From positions 1 to 41,169 of the IMG/VR virus record IMGVR_UViG_3300020045_006652: a stretch of 41,169 nucleotides of DNA; one strand, 5' to 3'. The position numbers and the translations under genes were made by a program. Shown piece by piece: positions 27,784-35,695 of the stretch (positions within the stretch are counted from its first letter, which is position 1; the number at the start of each line of letters is the position of its first letter). The DNA is from a virus (Duplodnaviria; Caudoviricetes). A model generated the notes under the pieces. It saw only the letters and a list, made by a program, of their open reading frames with translations, had not been told where the DNA came from and searched no databases.

Positions 27784-29334
27784 GTGAAAAAAATATTATA
27801 TCTCTTATTATCGCTGACATTTTGGTCAGTTGCGGCTAGTGCTCAATATGCTACACCGGCGGTTACCACCTATCGTAATTACAATAAGGTAAACACCAAC
27901 GCCGACGGTGAGCAACTTATCCTTGTTATAACGGATTCTACACCCGTTACAAACAATACTACCGGTTCAGCTCCAACCCCTACAACTGGCGCGCTTCAGG
28001 AATGGGACGGTAGCGCGTTTGTAGCTGTAACTACGGACGTATCGAATGCAAACAACGGGTCGATGTTCCCGCAGTTTGCGAATGACTACTTTGTACAGGG
28101 ATACAAGACACTTTTAGTAAACAAAAGCGCGCCGGGTAGCGAGTACAGCCCGAACGGTGACAATAACAACTGGTCCCCATCCGGGACACTATACAACGAC
28201 GCAATTACCGAATGTGATCAGGCTTTAGCTGACCAAGGCTTAGAAGTTCCGATTGCGATCTTCCTTTCCATTGGTATCAACGATGCTCGCGGAGCAATCT
28301 CGCTTCCAACAATTCGGGCAGACATGGATCTGCTTTTTGCAAAGTTATCCGCAAAATACCCTACTACGCCGATTTTAGTCGCACAGGTTGGATCCGCAGA
28401 CGCTTCCAATCCTAATAACTCACGAATCGCCGACATCAGAAGGCACACAAAAAGAATAGCGCTTACTTATGAGAATGTATGCTTTGCAGCAGAGCTTTCA
28501 AGCATGCGCGGCGCTGGTTACTATGGCGCTGATATGCTCCATCTTAATCAAAACGGGCTAAATGAATGGGGAAAAATGTATGCGCGGTGGTTCGCGAATG
28601 CTGACAGGGAAAAATGGGCGCGCTCTATTATCGCATGCCACTTCGATGACCTATCAACTGGCCGAAAAGATCTTATTTCAGCGTTCGTTTTGACAAACAC
28701 TTATGCAAGTCTTGACTATTTCAGCAATTTCCACACGACAATAAAGGCCAACACCTTTGTAGATTGGGGATTCCTCGGTTCTCCTTTGGACTTCGGATTT
28801 GATTTTGTCGCTAACGATGCCATCACCACGAACCCAACAGGTACAAAAGGATACGTTACCGGTTTCATACCTTCGTTCACGCAGCTTAATATTTCCCAGA
28901 CTGACATTTCTTTCGGGGTTAAAGTAAAATCCAACTCGACGGCAGCAGGCACGGCGGCGGCGGCAATGTCATGTACTTCTACGGCACAGTCTATCATTGA
29001 GCAGACAACAACGCCTTCTATTTTGTATCGCAACAACGATGCAACCCTAAGCCAGTACACTACCCAGACATCATTCCAGTCCGATACATACTACGAAGCC
29101 AATAGATCCGGGACCACGAAGGCACTGTATATCAATGGCACATCAGTCCAGAGTGGAACAGTTGCCAGCACCGGTATGACTTCTGATGCCTTTGGAATAG
29201 GCTGCCGGCATGCCGGAGGGTCGATAAGCCAGATCATAAACGCGTCTTTCGAGTACGCAATAGTTTACAAAACTTCCGGAGTATCAGCGGCTACGGTTTA
29301 CTCCGATCTTGAAACATTGCGCGATGGATGGTAA
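27784..29334 (+). CDS. Signal-peptide SGNH/carbohydrate-esterase-like protein with C-terminal LamG-like domain
   Basis: MKKILYLLLSLTFWSVAASA-Q; ITDS, GIND and DMLH blocks; ALYINGT in the C-terminal domain. Confidence 0.65.
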   Translation: MKKILYLLLSLTFWSVAASAQYATPAVTTYRNYNKVNTNADGEQLILVITDSTPVTNNTTGSAPTPTTGALQEWDGSAFVAVTTDVSNANNGSMFPQFANDYFVQGYKTLLVNKSAPGSEYSPNGDNNNWSPSGTLYNDAITECDQALADQGLEVPIAIFLSIGINDARGAISLPTIRADMDLLFAKLSAKYPTTPILVAQVGSADASNPNNSRIADIRRHTKRIALTYENVCFAAELSSMRGAGYYGADMLHLNQNGLNEWGKMYARWFANADREKWARSIIACHFDDLSTGRKDLISAFVLTNTYASLDYFSNFHTTIKANTFVDWGFLGSPLDFGFDFVANDAITTNPTGTKGYVTGFIPSFTQLNISQTDISFGVKVKSNSTAAGTAAAAMSCTSTAQSIIEQTTTPSILYRNNDATLSQYTTQTSFQSDTYYEANRSGTTKALYINGTSVQSGTVASTGMTSDAFGIGCRHAGGSISQIINASFEYAIVYKTSGVSAATVYSDLETLRDGW

Positions 29335-29347
29335 CCCAACAATAAAC

Positions 29348-30676
29348 ATGAGATACGCATCGTTATTTGCTTTGCTATTAATCTTTGATTTAGGGACGAC
29401 GCAGGCGCAGGTGGTGCCCGGCGTCGTTTCTGTTTCGGCCCGTTACGCTTCTGGCGCAGACAACGCTAAAACTTATGTTCCTATACCGGACCCGCCGACC
29501 TTCAGCGATACGCATACATTAGTCCAAGGAACAACCGGTAACGGAATTCAATCAGGCGATATCAATGGTAAAACAGATCTACTGATCGGAAGTGATTATA
29601 CTTTCATGCAGTTCAATGGATTGAGCGGTAACTACCGTATAAAGTCAGCCGATGATACAGATCCGAGTACATGGGCTTCATTAGGTAGCGCATCACCAAA
29701 CGATTACTCATTTGCTGCAGCAGTCGCAACCCCTGGAATTGAAATGTATAACCTACGATTGGTCGACTCTGACAACATCCTGAAGATGCCAGGCGCATCA
29801 CCGACAAAGAATTACGTATTTCAAAACCTGATTTTAGAGGATGGATCATTTGCCGGGTTCCTAATAAATGAAAACGTATCGGGCCAGGATTACGGAAATG
29901 TAACATACCGTAACTGTAGAGTACTTCGTTCAGGGGGAGAACCATGGTATAACGGGAAAACTGGCGGTAACTCGCTTGCATTCTTCCGTGGAACTACTGC
30001 TTTATACGATTGCTATTCTGAGGACAGCGGGCGCGATGGACTGCAGTTCAACGGGCACACCAATGTAATAGTTGAAAGATACTTAGCGTACAATGGTGGT
30101 TTAGACCTGGCTACCTCCGGTATAGGTCAATCGAATTGCATCCAGATACAGGACGTTTACACGTTTTCAGTGACTAAATCAATATTCTGGAACTTCCCTG
30201 CACCGGGAATGATAGCGGCTGATGATGGTCTTTTTGAGGATTGCTTTTTCTATTTCACCGACGATGATAGGACCATGTTTCTGCAGTCCATGGTTTCAAA
30301 TGACTACACCGAAATGGTGAACACTGGCGGAACTCTGACTTTTAGAAGGTGTACTTTCTACAATCCTAACTTTACCGGTGATCAGTTATTTACCGTGCAA
30401 GGATCAACGCGAAACTATGTTTTTGAAGATTGTATTTTTCCGGAAAGCATGAACGATGCTGCAGGAGATAATACTATTGCGGAGATATGCGACGACCAGC
30501 GCGCTGATAAGGTAACATATTCGATTACAATCAGTGGAACCACGTTCGACGATACGCCAAACATTCCATCGTTTTCAGCACCACCAGAGGCGGCTTTCGT
30601 TGGATTTGAGCGAGTGGTTTCAGACGAGTATTACTATAACCTTGGTTACGGGCCGCGTAACCCTAACGGATTATGA
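29348..30676 (+). CDS. Signal-peptide right-handed beta-helix (pectin-lyase-like) protein
   Basis: Start moved to ATG 29348 (MRYASLFALLLIFDLGTTQA-Q); repeated xFxNC/DC strands, GEPWYNG, RDGLQF. Confidence 0.65.
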   Translation: MRYASLFALLLIFDLGTTQAQVVPGVVSVSARYASGADNAKTYVPIPDPPTFSDTHTLVQGTTGNGIQSGDINGKTDLLIGSDYTFMQFNGLSGNYRIKSADDTDPSTWASLGSASPNDYSFAAAVATPGIEMYNLRLVDSDNILKMPGASPTKNYVFQNLILEDGSFAGFLINENVSGQDYGNVTYRNCRVLRSGGEPWYNGKTGGNSLAFFRGTTALYDCYSEDSGRDGLQFNGHTNVIVERYLAYNGGLDLATSGIGQSNCIQIQDVYTFSVTKSIFWNFPAPGMIAADDGLFEDCFFYFTDDDRTMFLQSMVSNDYTEMVNTGGTLTFRRCTFYNPNFTGDQLFTVQGSTRNYVFEDCIFPESMNDAAGDNTIAEICDDQRADKVTYSITISGTTFDDTPNIPSFSAPPEAAFVGFERVVSDEYYYNLGYGPRNPNGL

Positions 30677-31410
30677 AAAAAACACTCATATTATTTCTTA
30701 TTCTGCCGCTTCTAGGATTCGGGCAGAATTACATCAAGTCTGCAGATGACAGGCTTGGATACGCTGAAATTTTGCCGGCAGGATACAGCCTCGACACCGC
30801 GAAGCGATGGCCGGTTATAATTTTTCTGCATGGCTCCGGTGAGAGGGGATTAGGGGTAACGGTTTCAGACCTGCAGAAAACCATAAAGAACGGCCCGGCC
30901 AAATACAAAGATGGACGTTTCATTGTTCTTTGCCCACAGACCAACGCATGGAGTTGGCGAAGTGTTCGGAAAGTAAAAGATGCTGCCGGCAAAGAAATTA
31001 CAGTCACTCGGAACGATGCCGTTGAGTTTACTAAATGGGCGCTGCAGAACTACCGTATTGATAAACATGCAGTTTATATCACAGGTTTGAGCATGGGCGG
31101 TGAGGGATGTTTCTTTGCCATGGCTGACGCGCCTCAACTATATGCTGCAGGAGCTCCGATTGCTGGCCGCGCATCGCGGACGGAAGGAGCAAAGATTGCT
31201 GCCGGCAAAGTTAAAGTTTGGGCTTTCCATGGATCTGCAGATACCGCAATTCCGATTGAGGGCCTTTGGAATGCATACGCCGGATACCGATCGGTTGATA
31301 AATCCATCCTACTTACGGTTTACCCAGGTGTTGGCCATGACTCATGGACTGCAGCATACAAGACTGCAGAACTTTATAACTGGTTTCTCAAGAATCGGAA
31401 GCAAGGGTGA
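30673..31410 (+). CDS. Signal-peptide alpha/beta hydrolase (COG4099-like peptidase/esterase)
   Basis: MKKTLILFLILPLLGFG-Q; IFLHGSGERG, GLSMGG, WAFHGSAD, YPGVGHDSW (Ser-Asp-His triad). Confidence 0.85.
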   Translation: MKKTLILFLILPLLGFGQNYIKSADDRLGYAEILPAGYSLDTAKRWPVIIFLHGSGERGLGVTVSDLQKTIKNGPAKYKDGRFIVLCPQTNAWSWRSVRKVKDAAGKEITVTRNDAVEFTKWALQNYRIDKHAVYITGLSMGGEGCFFAMADAPQLYAAGAPIAGRASRTEGAKIAAGKVKVWAFHGSADTAIPIEGLWNAYAGYRSVDKSILLTVYPGVGHDSWTAAYKTAELYNWFLKNRKQG

Positions 31411-31503
31411 AAATAAGGTACTCGAAAAATCAGTAGAGATAGTTGTTTGAACTCTCGTTAACTTAGCAGTCGGAGGCCGGGAACAGGAACCCCGGGTAAA
31501 ACT

Positions 31504-31671
31504 ATGGCCGTTGTGTTGACGCTGATCATCGTAATTCTCGTGGGTTACTTGGTAAAGGGGAACCGCTTAAAGAAGCGAAAAATAAAGTACTTGGAAAAGA
31601 CGTTGAGGGATAAGATATTTGAATGCGAGCAGCTTGAAAAAATGCTGTTAAAATATGGGAAACAGAAGTAA
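31504..31671 (+). CDS. Small single-TM basic protein (55 aa, not in ORF track)
   Basis: MAVVLTLIIVILVGYLVKGNRLKKRKIKYLEKTLRDKIFECEQLEKMLLKYGKQK. Confidence 0.55.
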   Translation: MAVVLTLIIVILVGYLVKGNRLKKRKIKYLEKTLRDKIFECEQLEKMLLKYGKQK

Positions 31672-31843
31672 AAAATACATTAAAGAGATTCTGCATGACT
31701 TGAATGATGGAGCTTTATCCAAGCAACAGGCATTTGAGGCACTGCAACATCTCTGTGACCACAATGATCCGGATGATGAAGAGGATGGCGAAGTAACCAC
31801 ACAGGACAGCCAGCCAGCAAACCCATACCCACCTAAGCCGTAA
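31655..31843 (+). CDS. Hypothetical protein with acidic/Pro-rich tail
   Basis: TAATG coupling to the next gene. Confidence 0.55.
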   Translation: MGNRSKKYIKEILHDLNDGALSKQQAFEALQHLCDHNDPDDEEDGEVTTQDSQPANPYPPKP

Positions 31844-32277
31844 TGGGTAGAATAACAAAAGCGATTTTTATAGTCTTCATCGCAATAGCGATTGATAGAT
31901 TATGCACGCTTCCTATTTTTCCGCCTGAAAAGTATGTAGATCCTTTCCCTTTCTTTGATCCTACTTATACATTCGAAAGTAAATGCCCAGGTGAAACATA
32001 CACCATACACGGAGTAAGTCTTCAATATATCGTCAAGGCGACAACTGAACGTGTTGCTGGTATTCTTTACCTTTGCGCATTTCTTATCGCACTGCCTATG
32101 GTAACAAATCGTCTATTTAAAGTGATGATCGTTATTCAATCTCTAGCGCTGGCAGATTTCTTTTTACTTTATGAACAGTCTCTTTTTGATATTGGTGAGT
32201 ACCATGTCGAATTTACGGACTTTAGAATATTTGGACACGCAATCGCAATCATTTTATGGAAAATGGGGAGGCTTTAA
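31843..32277 (+). CDS. Multi-TM membrane protein in the lysis region
   Basis: Three to four hydrophobic segments. Confidence 0.6.
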   Translation: MGRITKAIFIVFIAIAIDRLCTLPIFPPEKYVDPFPFFDPTYTFESKCPGETYTIHGVSLQYIVKATTERVAGILYLCAFLIALPMVTNRLFKVMIVIQSLALADFFLLYEQSLFDIGEYHVEFTDFRIFGHAIAIILWKMGRL

Positions 32278-32477
32278 AGCTTGCATTTGGGGTAATGGTA
32301 CCCGTTATAGGGTGGCTTGTGCTCAACAATTTGCAGCAGGACAAGAAACTTATCTCAATAGAGAAAACTCTTGAAAATGTTGAAGAAAAACTTGACAAGC
32401 TTACAGAAAAACTGAATCTTTTCCTGAAAACGGAGATCGACACGCTCAAGGATCTGGCAAAAAGTAAAACATCATGA
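32256..32477 (+). CDS. Holin-like single-TM coiled-coil protein
   Basis: One TM plus heptad repeat; ATGA-coupled to the endolysin. Confidence 0.55.
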   Translation: MENGEALKLAFGVMVPVIGWLVLNNLQQDKKLISIEKTLENVEEKLDKLTEKLNLFLKTEIDTLKDLAKSKTS

Positions 32478-33130
32478 CGCCAGAGCTTCTAAAGAAATGC
32501 ATGCCTGCAGCAACAATTGAAACCTGCAGACTTTTTGCGCCTCATTTGACGTCTGCAATGGTCGTTTACAATATCTCAAAGACTCCGCGTCGAACTGCAA
32601 CATTCTTAGCAAACCTTGCGCATGAGTCCGGAAGCCTGAATAACCTTGAAGAAAATCTTAACTACTCTGCAAAAAGGCTTCTGCAGATATTCCCAAAGTA
32701 CTTTACTGTTGAGTCTGCAGATCAATACGCAAGACAACCGCAAAAGATTGCAAACCGGGTTTATGCTAACCGTATGGGCAATGGCGATGAGGCTTCCGGG
32801 GATGGATGGAAGTTCCGTGGCAGAGGCCCGACGATGAACACCGGAAAGTACATGTACCAAATGCTAACCAAAGAATTAAACTATGATTTTATCGCCGATC
32901 CTGCAGCGCTATTAAAGCCTGGTTCCGGGTCTCATGCTGCAGCTTGGTTCTGGGATTATAACGGACTTAACAGGACTGCAGACATTGAAGGCCTGCAGAA
33001 GATCCGGAAAAAAGTAAATGGTGGGCTGATCGGATACGAAGACTTTTTGCAGCACTACTATCACATAAAAGAAGTTCTGCAGGTCGATAAACATACAGAC
33101 TCACCTCGTCAAATGGACGAATTACCATAA
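32474..33130 (+). CDS. Endolysin, glycoside hydrolase family 19
   Basis: FLANLAHESG, EENLNYSA, NRVYANRMGNG, GDGWKFRGRG, VNGGLIG. Confidence 0.9.
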   Translation: MTPELLKKCMPAATIETCRLFAPHLTSAMVVYNISKTPRRTATFLANLAHESGSLNNLEENLNYSAKRLLQIFPKYFTVESADQYARQPQKIANRVYANRMGNGDEASGDGWKFRGRGPTMNTGKYMYQMLTKELNYDFIADPAALLKPGSGSHAAAWFWDYNGLNRTADIEGLQKIRKKVNGGLIGYEDFLQHYYHIKEVLQVDKHTDSPRQMDELP

Positions 33131-33143
33131 TCTGCTGTAATAC

Positions 33144-33173
33144 AAAAAGACCCCGGCGCGAACCAGGGTCTTT
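33144..33173. terminator. Intrinsic terminator, best on the minus strand, probably bidirectional
   Basis: Minus strand AAAGACCCTGG-TTCGCG-CCGGGGTCTTTTT, at the convergence of the two arms. Confidence 0.8.
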
Positions 33174-33345
33174 CTAATTTCTCCGCTGTCTTGAATCTCG
33201 TTGATCAAAATGAGACCCTTTGTTAATTAGACGACACCCCCAGTTGAGCGGCGACCGGACTTAAACCGGTATTTGCGGAACTTTCTTTGACCGGCCTTCC
33301 AGCGTGCGGTCTGTTGGTTTCGTAGGCCTCCAATCGCCGTAATAC
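33144..33345 (-). ncRNA. Candidate stand-alone structured RNA (about 200 nt)
   Basis: Own promoter and terminator, no ATG, 11-bp closing helix and pseudoknot-compatible pairings. Confidence 0.55.
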
Positions 33346-33350
33346 AGTTG

Positions 33351-33381
33351 CGAATATAAATAATCATGCCTGAATACGCAA
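33351..33381 (-). promoter_or_regulatory. Bacteroidota-type promoter for the candidate RNA
   Basis: TTG-N20-TATATTCG. Confidence 0.55.
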
Positions 33382-33382
33382 T

Positions 33383-33410
33383 AAAAAGCCCCGCTAACAC
33401 GTAGCGAGGC
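33383..33410 (-). terminator. Intrinsic terminator ending the methyltransferase-like operon
   Basis: GCCTCGCTA-CGTGT-TAGCGGGGC-TTTTT. Confidence 0.8.
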
Positions 33411-33411
33411 C

Positions 33412-33636
33412 TTAAATTCTTCGATGAATAAAGCAATTTTGTGTGTGCAACTGACAGTTACCCTGGATGAATGAAACAGGCTTGAGATACTTCGTGCAAT
33501 TACCGTACATCAATCTATGAGACGCTTTCTTGTTATCGCTGTACAGGTGGTCGAATGATCTAAACTTTTCAGTGTCTCTGACCATGAAAATACAGTCGTT
33601 GCAATTACAGTCTAAAATTTCTCTTTCTATGCTCAT
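33412..33636 (-). CDS. Small Cys-rich (zinc-binding) protein
   Basis: CNCNDC..GNC..C....CF.HR. Confidence 0.65.
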   Translation of the reverse strand: MSIEREILDCNCNDCIFMVRDTEKFRSFDHLYSDNKKASHRLMYGNCTKYLKPVSFIQGNCQLHTQNCFIHRRI

Positions 33637-33773
33637 TTCATTATTCGATTAAAAAGCCTATTTTTCTTTACGAATCGATATCGCCACATCCACCATCGCC
33701 AGTACAATCGGTAAAAAAGTTTCTTGTACCACGGAGTACGGTAGTATAAACGGCGCGCTATACTGGATCTCAT
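33633..33773 (-). CDS. Trp/Arg/Tyr-rich cationic peptide (46 aa, not in ORF track)
   Basis: MRSSIARRLYYRTPWYKKLFYRLYWRWWMWRYRFVKKNRLFNRIMK; ATGA overlaps at both ends. Confidence 0.6.
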   Translation of the reverse strand: MRSSIARRLYYRTPWYKKLFYRLYWRWWMWRYRFVKKNRLFNRIMK

Positions 33774-33895
33774 TTTGAAATCAGCTTTTTAACCTCTTCA
33801 ACTTTAGAAACAGGCACGCGCATTACCTTGGTATCCTCCTTGGTCTTCTTTCTTCCGGCTCCTTTGCGCTTGCCTCCGTGGGTTATCTTTTTCAT
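33770..33895 (-). CDS. Small DNA-binding protein (GGKRKGAGRK, ribbon-helix-like; 41 aa, not in ORF track)
   Basis: MKKITHGGKRKGAGRKKTKEDTKVMRVPVSKVEEVKKLISK. Confidence 0.7.
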   Translation of the reverse strand: MKKITHGGKRKGAGRKKTKEDTKVMRVPVSKVEEVKKLISK

Positions 33896-34584
33896 AATAA
33901 TTTTCCCCACTGATCAACCATTGCCCTAGCTACGTTTGGATCTGTTGCGCTTCTTTTATTTGCCCGTTCAGGTCCCGGTGGACACATCCAAACGTCCTGC
34001 CATTTACGACTCTCTTCCTTGTCTTTCGGTGGCGTCAGCATGTTGTCAGCTTCAAGATTAGGTAGCCCAATAATCCAAATGTGAGTTTCCTTCATTTGCG
34101 GAGTTCCAAAATAATAAGGGTGGAAATATTGCGAAGATGGTATTCCAATTATTCGTGCGGCGTATGGATGCATTTTTGGATTTTCAATATAACCCCTACC
34201 AACTGTTTTTAACCATGAATAACAAGACTTAAAGTGTAGACAGGATAGCTCCATCTTTTCCCATCGAATTGGATTTATCCAAGTATGGTATCCGTTAAAA
34301 TCACTCCATTCTTGTGAGTATACATATCCGTACCGTTCTGTTCTTGAAGAGAGCCATCTGATACCGGCATTTGTCAGATATGTACAATCCGGATGCATAC
34401 CCAAGAAATCAAGACTAAAAGCAGCGTTTATATGATGAAGCGCATGGAAGACATCCATCTTCAGATGTCTCATAGGGTATGGCCCGGCGCAATCTTGAAT
34501 ATCATTGCTTCTGAAATCATGACCAGCGTCAACAAAAGACGCTGTAACAGCTTGAGTTCTTTCGTGTGTTATAAGACCCTTCAT
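33892..34584 (-). CDS. Phage DNA cytosine methyltransferase-like protein (divergent)
   Basis: HPDCTYL, IENP, HPYYFG..KETHIW..GLP, RSAT...ARAMVDQWG. Confidence 0.7.
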   Translation of the reverse strand: MKGLITHERTQAVTASFVDAGHDFRSNDIQDCAGPYPMRHLKMDVFHALHHINAAFSLDFLGMHPDCTYLTNAGIRWLSSRTERYGYVYSQEWSDFNGYHTWINPIRWEKMELSCLHFKSCYSWLKTVGRGYIENPKMHPYAARIIGIPSSQYFHPYYFGTPQMKETHIWIIGLPNLEADNMLTPPKDKEESRKWQDVWMCPPGPERANKRSATDPNVARAMVDQWGKLL

Positions 34585-34778
34585 AAAGTATAATTTTTAT
34601 ACTCTCCATTGTCAGGAACAGGAAGAACACCTTTATAATACTCGACAGCCTTTCTATACGCAAAAAGAATCTGTTCAACAGTGAATTTATCAATTGTAAC
34701 TACCTTTCCAGTTTTGTCTGATATGTAGCACTGTACCACATACCGAATACCACTAAAATCCTCATTCATTATATTCAT
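34581..34778 (-). CDS. Hypothetical protein
   Basis: First gene after the 34783 promoter; ATGA overlap. Confidence 0.55.
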   Translation of the reverse strand: MNIMNEDFSGIRYVVQCYISDKTGKVVTIDKFTVEQILFAYRKAVEYYKGVLPVPDNGEYKNYTL

Positions 34779-34782
34779 GAAT

Positions 34783-34823
34783 CAAATATACGAATACTTT
34801 TGAATTACGTTACAATATTCAAA
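34783..34823 (-). promoter_or_regulatory. Promoter with overlapping inverted repeat (candidate operator)
   Basis: -7 box TATATTTG, TTG 22 nt upstream; TTTGAAT-N11-ATTCAAA at 34799-34823. Confidence 0.55.
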
Positions 34824-34826
34824 GAA

Positions 34827-35483
34827 TTATTTTCTTCTTCTGTTAAACAGCGCCAACAAAAGGAACACCAACAGCGATGCTATGCCTCCGAAGAATGCCC
34901 ACATGGCTTTCTCTTTTGCGGTTGCTCCTGATGTGATATTCAGAATATTTTCATCCTTCACGAAAGGCGCTGATACTTCAGCAGATTTTACAGACCATTC
35001 CAGATGTCCCCCATTTGCCTTTATGTAAACAGTTATAGGGATATCGAATCTATTTGTCTGTATGACCAATGGGATGTAATATGTCGAATCAACGACCTCC
35101 TGTGGGCACACTTCTTTCTGAATCTTGATCACGGCTTTTTTAGCGTTATTTGGCTGTTTTTTATTATCAATGTTGAATTTTGGCTCAATTACCGCTATGT
35201 CTTTCGAGGGCTGATCACGCAGTAATTGCCGGCAGTACTCACGCAAACTGTCTTCGTTAACCAGCTTTCCTGAATTTCCGGACAACTCAGTACTGCCTAT
35301 CTTTGCGCTATCTGTTTTCTGTCGGTGTATTGTGTCCGGATGAACGCCGTAAGACTCGGCCAGTCTGATATGCCTTGCAGCCTTGCGCAAGTGTCGGTTA
35401 CCCTTAGTTTCATCGGAGGGCTTCAGGATGGAGCAGCCCATGACCATGAGCGATAGTAGTAGGATCGAGTATTTCATATTCAT
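34827..35483 (-). CDS. Lipoprotein with C-terminal TM helix; candidate unimolecular spanin
   Basis: KYSILLLSLMVMG-C lipobox-like site; C-terminal AMWAFFGGIASLLVFLLLALF-NRRRK. Confidence 0.6.
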   Translation of the reverse strand: MNMKYSILLLSLMVMGCSILKPSDETKGNRHLRKAARHIRLAESYGVHPDTIHRQKTDSAKIGSTELSGNSGKLVNEDSLREYCRQLLRDQPSKDIAVIEPKFNIDNKKQPNNAKKAVIKIQKEVCPQEVVDSTYYIPLVIQTNRFDIPITVYIKANGGHLEWSVKSAEVSAPFVKDENILNITSGATAKEKAMWAFFGGIASLLVFLLLALFNRRRK

Positions 35484-35677
35484 AGAAGTACTTTGTAAAT
35501 TAAGTACTCGTCACCATTTGAAAGTTTTGATGCCTCTAAAACAAAAATTTGTTTCGACCTCTTAACATTATCCATTACTGAATCTTTACCCTGTGTTACT
35601 TGGTCTTTTGGGTACTTTTGAGAGTACGTTATCTTTGGTCTACTCATACGTTTTTTATTTAGTTGGTGTAGTGTCAT
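35480..35677 (-). CDS. Hypothetical basic protein
   Basis: ATGA overlap. Confidence 0.5.
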   Translation of the reverse strand: MTLHQLNKKRMSRPKITYSQKYPKDQVTQGKDSVMDNVKRSKQIFVLEASKLSNGDEYLIYKVLL

Positions 35678-35695
35678 ATCATTATTGGTTAGTTC

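Noticed and set aside
25611-30676. Diversity-generating retroelement or invertible fibre cassette
   Set aside because: No reverse transcriptase or invertase ORF, and no near-identical TR/VR pair or flanking inverted repeats noticed by eye
33246-33270. tRNA 3' half on the minus strand (ACCGG-TTTAAGT-CCGGT-CGCCGCTCA)
   Set aside because: T-loop lacks TTC, no D-arm or anticodon arm, only 5 bp of acceptor pairing; treated as an alternative fold within the candidate ncRNA
33227-33436. 69-aa minus-strand ORF over the candidate ncRNA
   Set aside because: Starts inside the upstream gene and runs through an intrinsic terminator and promoter; no protein-like features
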